DNA from: Botryllus schlosseri
Lineage: Eukaryota
Assembly: GCA_051294905.1 (NCBI GenBank)
Contig: CM119386.1
Location: 8,742,001-8,806,000 of the forward strand
Direction of reading: 5' to 3'
DNA length: 64,000 nt
Position numbers and translations under genes: made by a program. Positions within the stretch are counted from its first letter, which is position 1. Every line of letters begins with the position of its first letter. The notes under the pieces were generated by a model. The model did no database searches, was not told the DNA's origin, and saw only the letters and a program-made list of their open reading frames with translations. Below are positions 61,001 to 64,000 of this stretch, in pieces.

Positions 61001-64000
61001 GCTGCGGTCGTAGTTGGCAATTTGGTCGTGGTAGTGGCAGTTTCGGTTTTTTTTGCTGTAGTTGTCGTCTTGGTAGTTGGCGATCCCGTTGGTGATCCCG
61101 TTGGCGATCCGACTGATGTCGTGCTCTCCGTAACAGGGCTTGTGGTCTTTGTTTCGGTCACAGTCGTTTCAGTTACAGTTTGCGAGACCGTGGTTTCTCC
61201 TAAAACACAACAAAATCAGCCTGCGAATACAGCGATGGAAATAGCACGCAATCAGTTCCCAGCAAATCCACAGTATCACTCGGGATAACACAGAGAAATT
61301 TAGGTCGCATGCAGATTCTGCCTTAATGCACACTGTCAAGTGCAAATGCACTTTACTAATGATGGAGCAAATCTTCACACAGGACTGAAAGGTATATGTA
61401 AAAATCCTGAGGGAGACCGGAAAACAAATATAATCCATAGCGGATTGGCCGTACCCTACTGTAGAACAACATTTGTTGCAGGGACGGCTAGGGGCGGCTT
61501 TGAGTATGTATTTAGATTAACTTTCCGATGAGGACTCACACGAAAAAGTATCTAATTGACAAACGTGTATCTACAACTACATGTAATAATACAGCTATGA
61601 AATCAATCGAAATCAGTGTAACAAGGACAGCAGTAAGAATACTTTGTTCTCAAGCATGATTCTATACATATTATATACATTAGGGTTGTCCAAAATTTGG
61701 AAAATCCTACAAATCCTCCGTTGTAATGTCTTATTCTATAGATTATTGATAAAAAACGACACTAGGCCTAAAAGAAACTCCCAGGAAGGCCGTTTAGATT
61801 TCGTGCAAAACGTTTGAAAGTAGCTGCCGAAAAGTGGGCGTGCCACCGACCACGGAACGGCGAGAAGACTAGTAATCACGAAACCACGGCTCTTGATTGG
61901 CTAATCGGCAATGCTTCAATGACTACCGTAGCAGCATCTTGCTGATCAGGTGATCAAGGAGTCCGCTACCGGCGGCGATTCTGAAAGCGCATTGTATTTA
62001 GGTTGACAGATAATGATTTAGGATTGATTCAGGGTATGTTGAGGTACGAAATACATGATGAACAAACAACTGCAGCTTCACAAAAACGTCTAAAGCATGA
62101 CCGCTTTATTGTGAAGGAAACCGCCGTAGCCTATATGCCTTGTTTTCAACGAGGGAAAGCATAGGCGCTTATGCAAGTGGCGGCGGATTCCTAGTTTCAG
62201 AAAGGATACATCATGATTGAATACAAAATATAAAGCTTAGCAACGACACTATAATTTGTGTGATCTTATTGGGCTCAGGTTGTAGTACATAGTTGAAATT
62301 TTGAATGCTCTTGGGATCAGCTGAATCAGACGGTTAGGCTTGGCACTTATCAGATGTTTACAGCAAATTGAATTCACTTGTAACTGTTTTCAAAGTACCT
62401 AATGATGCCGCAGAAACGAGGTGTAAATGTAAGCACAGACTATGCTTGATGTTATGTACAAACTATGCTGGATACTATGCACTATGCAGCTCTTTCTGTG
62501 CTTACCTTTACCCCCTTTTCTGCACGATAATTAAGGACTTTGCCATATCATTGGCATCTCATATCCAGTATAGTATGTGCTTACTTTTACACCTCTATTC
62601 TGCATCATCATTAAGGACTTTGACAACACTTGCAAGTGAAAACAATTTGATGTGAGCATCTGATAAGTGCCAAAAATAACCCGCTGATTCAGCCGATCCT
62701 TGGAGCATTGAAAACTTAAACTATGTACAACAACCTGAGCCCAATAAGATCACACAAATTATAGTGTCGTTGCTAAGCTTTATTTTTGCTTTCAATGATG
62801 ATATATCCTTTCTGAAACTAGGAATCCGTCGGCACTTGCATATGCGCCTATGCTTTCCCTCGTTGAAAATAAGGCATTTAGGCTACGGCGGTTTCCTTCA
62901 CAATAAAGCGGTCATGCTTTAGACGTTTTTGTGAAGCTGCAGTTGTTTGTTCATCATGTATTTCGTACCTCAACATACCCTGAATCAATCCTAAATCATT
63001 ATCTAACAACCTACATACAATGCGCTTTCACAATCGCCGCCGGTAGCAGACCCTTGATCACCTAATCAGCAAGCTGACGCTGTGGTGTTCATTGAAGCAT
63101 AGCCGATTAGCCAATCAAAGGCCGTGGTTTCTTGATTACTAGTCTTCTCGCCGTTCTATGGTTGGTGGCACGCCCATTCTTCGGCAGCTACTTTCAAACG
63201 CTTTGCACGAAATCTAAACGGCCTTCCTGTGAGCTTCTTTTACGCCCATTGTCGTTTTTTATCAATAATCTATAGAATAAGACATTACAACATAGGATTA
63301 GTAAGATTTTCCAAATTTTGGACAACCCTAATATACATATATAGTTGTATAAACATACACATATCATCATTTATCATATACTCTATATACAAATATAAAC
63401 TCTATTTTTACCGCACCTGGCTTGGAAGTAGTCTTCTCTGTAACCACCGGGGTGCTCTTCGTAGTCACCACCTCTTTTGTGGTTTCCACAGTGACCGGAG
63501 TAGTCTCAACGATAAGTTTGACGCAGCCACGGAATTCCACTCTCATTGTCACATCGCTATCCGGCGCTGAGCGAATTGGATAAATTCGAACTGCCGACGC
63601 ATGAATATCGTCACGGAGGAAGCGTTCGACGACACTTGTGTCATCGGCGTTGCCGTTGAAGGTCTCCCAGACTTTATCATCGAGCACCGGACCCGTGGGC
63701 GTGTTCAAAATTTTATTTACTTCGATACGAACAAACTCGTTGCTCTCTGTATTGGCATCTACGTACGACACGTTATACTGCGAAGCAAATTGCCCATTAC
63801 CGCCACCTTGAGTGAGGATGCTATGGATAATAACTGGATTCTTGAAAGAAACCTCCAGATACGGGGTAGGGTCGGATGTTTCTGGAGACCAGGCCGGTGG
63901 GATTCCAATATCATTATCATTCGTGATTCTGGCGTACTTCGCTTCTTTACCCTCTTTGCTGGTAGAAGCTGAGATATCTTCATCCGCGATAGCGTGGCTT
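23606..64000 (-). CDS. Giant secreted Cys/Thr-rich mucin/vWF/hemolectin/SCO-spondin-like protein, 3' part (52 exons, ~2,795 aa in window; 5' end off the right edge)
   Basis: Exons, 5' to 3': 63417-64000, 60999-61199, 59877-60259, 59184-59357, 58049-58393, 57927-57989, 56700-56830, 55412-55610, 54457-54582, 52848-52965, 52539-52718, 51664-51797, 51209-51323, 50588-50787, 50238-50406, 50113-50177, 49498-49624, 48870-49047, 48089-48249, 47906-48032, 47461-47624, 46711-46899, 46293-46358, 45606-45848, 44570-44769, 44326-44502, 43361-43558, 42738-42933, 40266-40350, 39089-39218, 37798-37924, 36300-36462, 35328-35512, 34775-34909, 33936-34132, 33717-33869, 32886-33059, 31589-31746, 31007-31107, 30355-30496, 29335-29467, 29176-29274, 28287-28389, 27358-27552, 27157-27293, 26769-26904, 26427-26486, 26324-26365, 25755-25831, 25538-25682, 24923-25074, 23606-23752. 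Every junction is GT-AG and phase-matched; TAG stop at 23606-23608. Confidence 0.92.
23977..24413. mobile_element. hAT MITE in the last intron of the giant gene
   Basis: TIRs TAGGGCTGGGCA / TGCCCAGCCCTG; TSD CATGGAAT / CATGTGAT (6/8). Confidence 0.7.
32275..32592 (-). mobile_element. tRNA-derived SINE (Meta-domain-like body)
   Basis: Minus strand A-box TAGCGTGATGG, B-box GGTTCGATCCC, then CGGGTCAGACCAAAGAC...TCCCTGCTTGGCGCTCA; A-rich tail; second copy at 57455-57760. Confidence 0.8.
35560..36060 (-). mobile_element. 5'-truncated LINE (L2/Crack-like) 3' remnant
   Basis: Peptide [28 protein letters not shown]...PVIWNRL resembles the L2/CR1-group ORF2 C-terminus; ends in AATAAA plus a TC-rich microsatellite tail. 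Confidence 0.6.
37798..40350 (-). CDS. Two LDL-receptor class A repeats of the giant gene (a third at 46711-46899)
   Basis: [37 protein letters not shown]; [33 protein letters not shown]; [34 protein letters not shown]. Confidence 0.9.
38837..38870 (-). ncRNA. Minimal type I hammerhead-ribozyme motif in a dispersed repeat
   Basis: ACCC-CTGACGA-GTGTCAGCC-GAAA-ATATT-T-GGGT: stem I, CUGANGA, G10.1-C11.1 pair, GAAA, palindromic AATATT stem III, UH site. Confidence 0.55.
40715..40875 (+). pseudogene. Relic of a Buster/Charlie-type hAT transposase N-terminus (BED zinc-finger region)
   Basis: [20 protein letters not shown] resembles the [20 protein letters not shown] motif of Buster/Charlie/ZBED5-like transposases; frameshifted on both sides. 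Confidence 0.65.
41033..41066 (-). ncRNA. Degenerate copy of the hammerhead motif
   Basis: ACCC-CTGCCGA-GAGTCGGAC-GAAA-ATACA-T-GGGT (core A6 mutated, palindrome broken). Confidence 0.3.
41511..42415. mobile_element. PIF/Harbinger-type MITE
   Basis: 19-bp perfect TIR AGGCTGCTGCACACTGGCT; TTA TSD (41508-41510, 42416-42418). Confidence 0.85.
42581..42614 (+). ncRNA. Minimal hammerhead motif copy
   Basis: ACCC-CTGACGA-GTGTCAGAC-GAAA-ATATT-C-GGTT (2-bp stem II GT/AC, UC site, one stem I mismatch). Confidence 0.5.
52984..53688. mobile_element. hAT MITE
   Basis: TIRs CAGGAGTGGCCAGCC / GGTTGGCCGGCCCTG; TSD AGTGAGAG / AGTTAGAG (7/8). Confidence 0.8.
55827..55860 (+). ncRNA. Minimal hammerhead motif copy (identical to 38837-38870)
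   Basis: ACCC-CTGACGA-GTGTCAGCC-GAAA-ATATT-T-GGGT. Confidence 0.55.
56372..56405 (-). ncRNA. Minimal hammerhead motif copy, stem I 3' strand mutated
   Basis: ACCC-CTGACGA-GTGTCAGCC-GAAA-ATATT-C-TTGT. Confidence 0.4.
57455..57760 (-). mobile_element. Second copy of the tRNA-derived SINE
   Basis: Aligns by eye with 32275-32592 (CAAGATAGCGTAATGGTGAAGCGTCTGGCTTCTTG...GGGTCAGACCAAAG...GCTTGGCGCTCATGCATTACTGGGATAGCATGG). Confidence 0.8.
59184..64000 (-). CDS. Two FA58C/discoidin domains of the giant gene, separated by a Thr-rich exon
   Basis: [17 protein letters not shown]...ILTQGGG...YNVSY...[11 protein letters not shown]...AVRIYP...MRVEFRGC; second copy [17 protein letters not shown]...VSIRGG...VTSFWVQY...[11 protein letters not shown]...HLRIHP...MSVDVEGC. 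Confidence 0.9.
61681..63330. mobile_element. Foldback element with hAT-type ends and ~0.68-kb inverted arms
   Basis: Termini TAGGGTTGTCCAAAATTTGGAAAATC / GATTTTCCAAATTTTGGACAACCCTA; perfect 8-bp TSD ATATACAT; 61681-62360 mirrors 62655-63330. Confidence 0.9.

Noticed and set aside
6060-64000. Functional cluster idea: POFUT1 modifying the neighbouring Cys-rich protein
   Set aside because: POFUT1 acts on EGF repeats with a C2-xxxx-S/T-C3 site, and I see no EGF repeats in the giant protein within this window

Overview
Eukaryotic animal genomic DNA: AT-rich, with GT-AG introns, several only ~55-75 bp long. An invertebrate chordate such as an ascidian is my guess, not proven. Four protein-coding genes: (1) first coding exon of an SLC37A4-like glucose-6-phosphate exchanger (- strand, runs off the left edge); (2) a complete two-exon POFUT1 (+); (3) a complete eight-exon TXNL1 (+); (4) the 3' ~40 kb of a giant secreted mucin/vWF/hemolectin/SCO-spondin-like gene (- strand, 52 phase-consistent exons in the window, ~2,795 aa: 2x FA58C, TIL, vWC, LDLa, Thr-rich linkers, C-terminal cystine knot), whose 5' part lies beyond the right edge. 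Intergenic DNA and introns are packed with non-autonomous DNA transposons, many with recognisable TIRs and TSDs: hAT MITEs, a Harbinger MITE, a hAT-ended foldback, and four MULE-like foldbacks with minisatellite or telomere-like arms, one carrying a PHD-finger relic. There are also tRNA-derived SINEs, a LINE 3' remnant, a Buster/Charlie transposase relic and a dispersed repeat family carrying a minimal hammerhead-ribozyme motif. All calls were made by eye from the sequence; no database searches were run.
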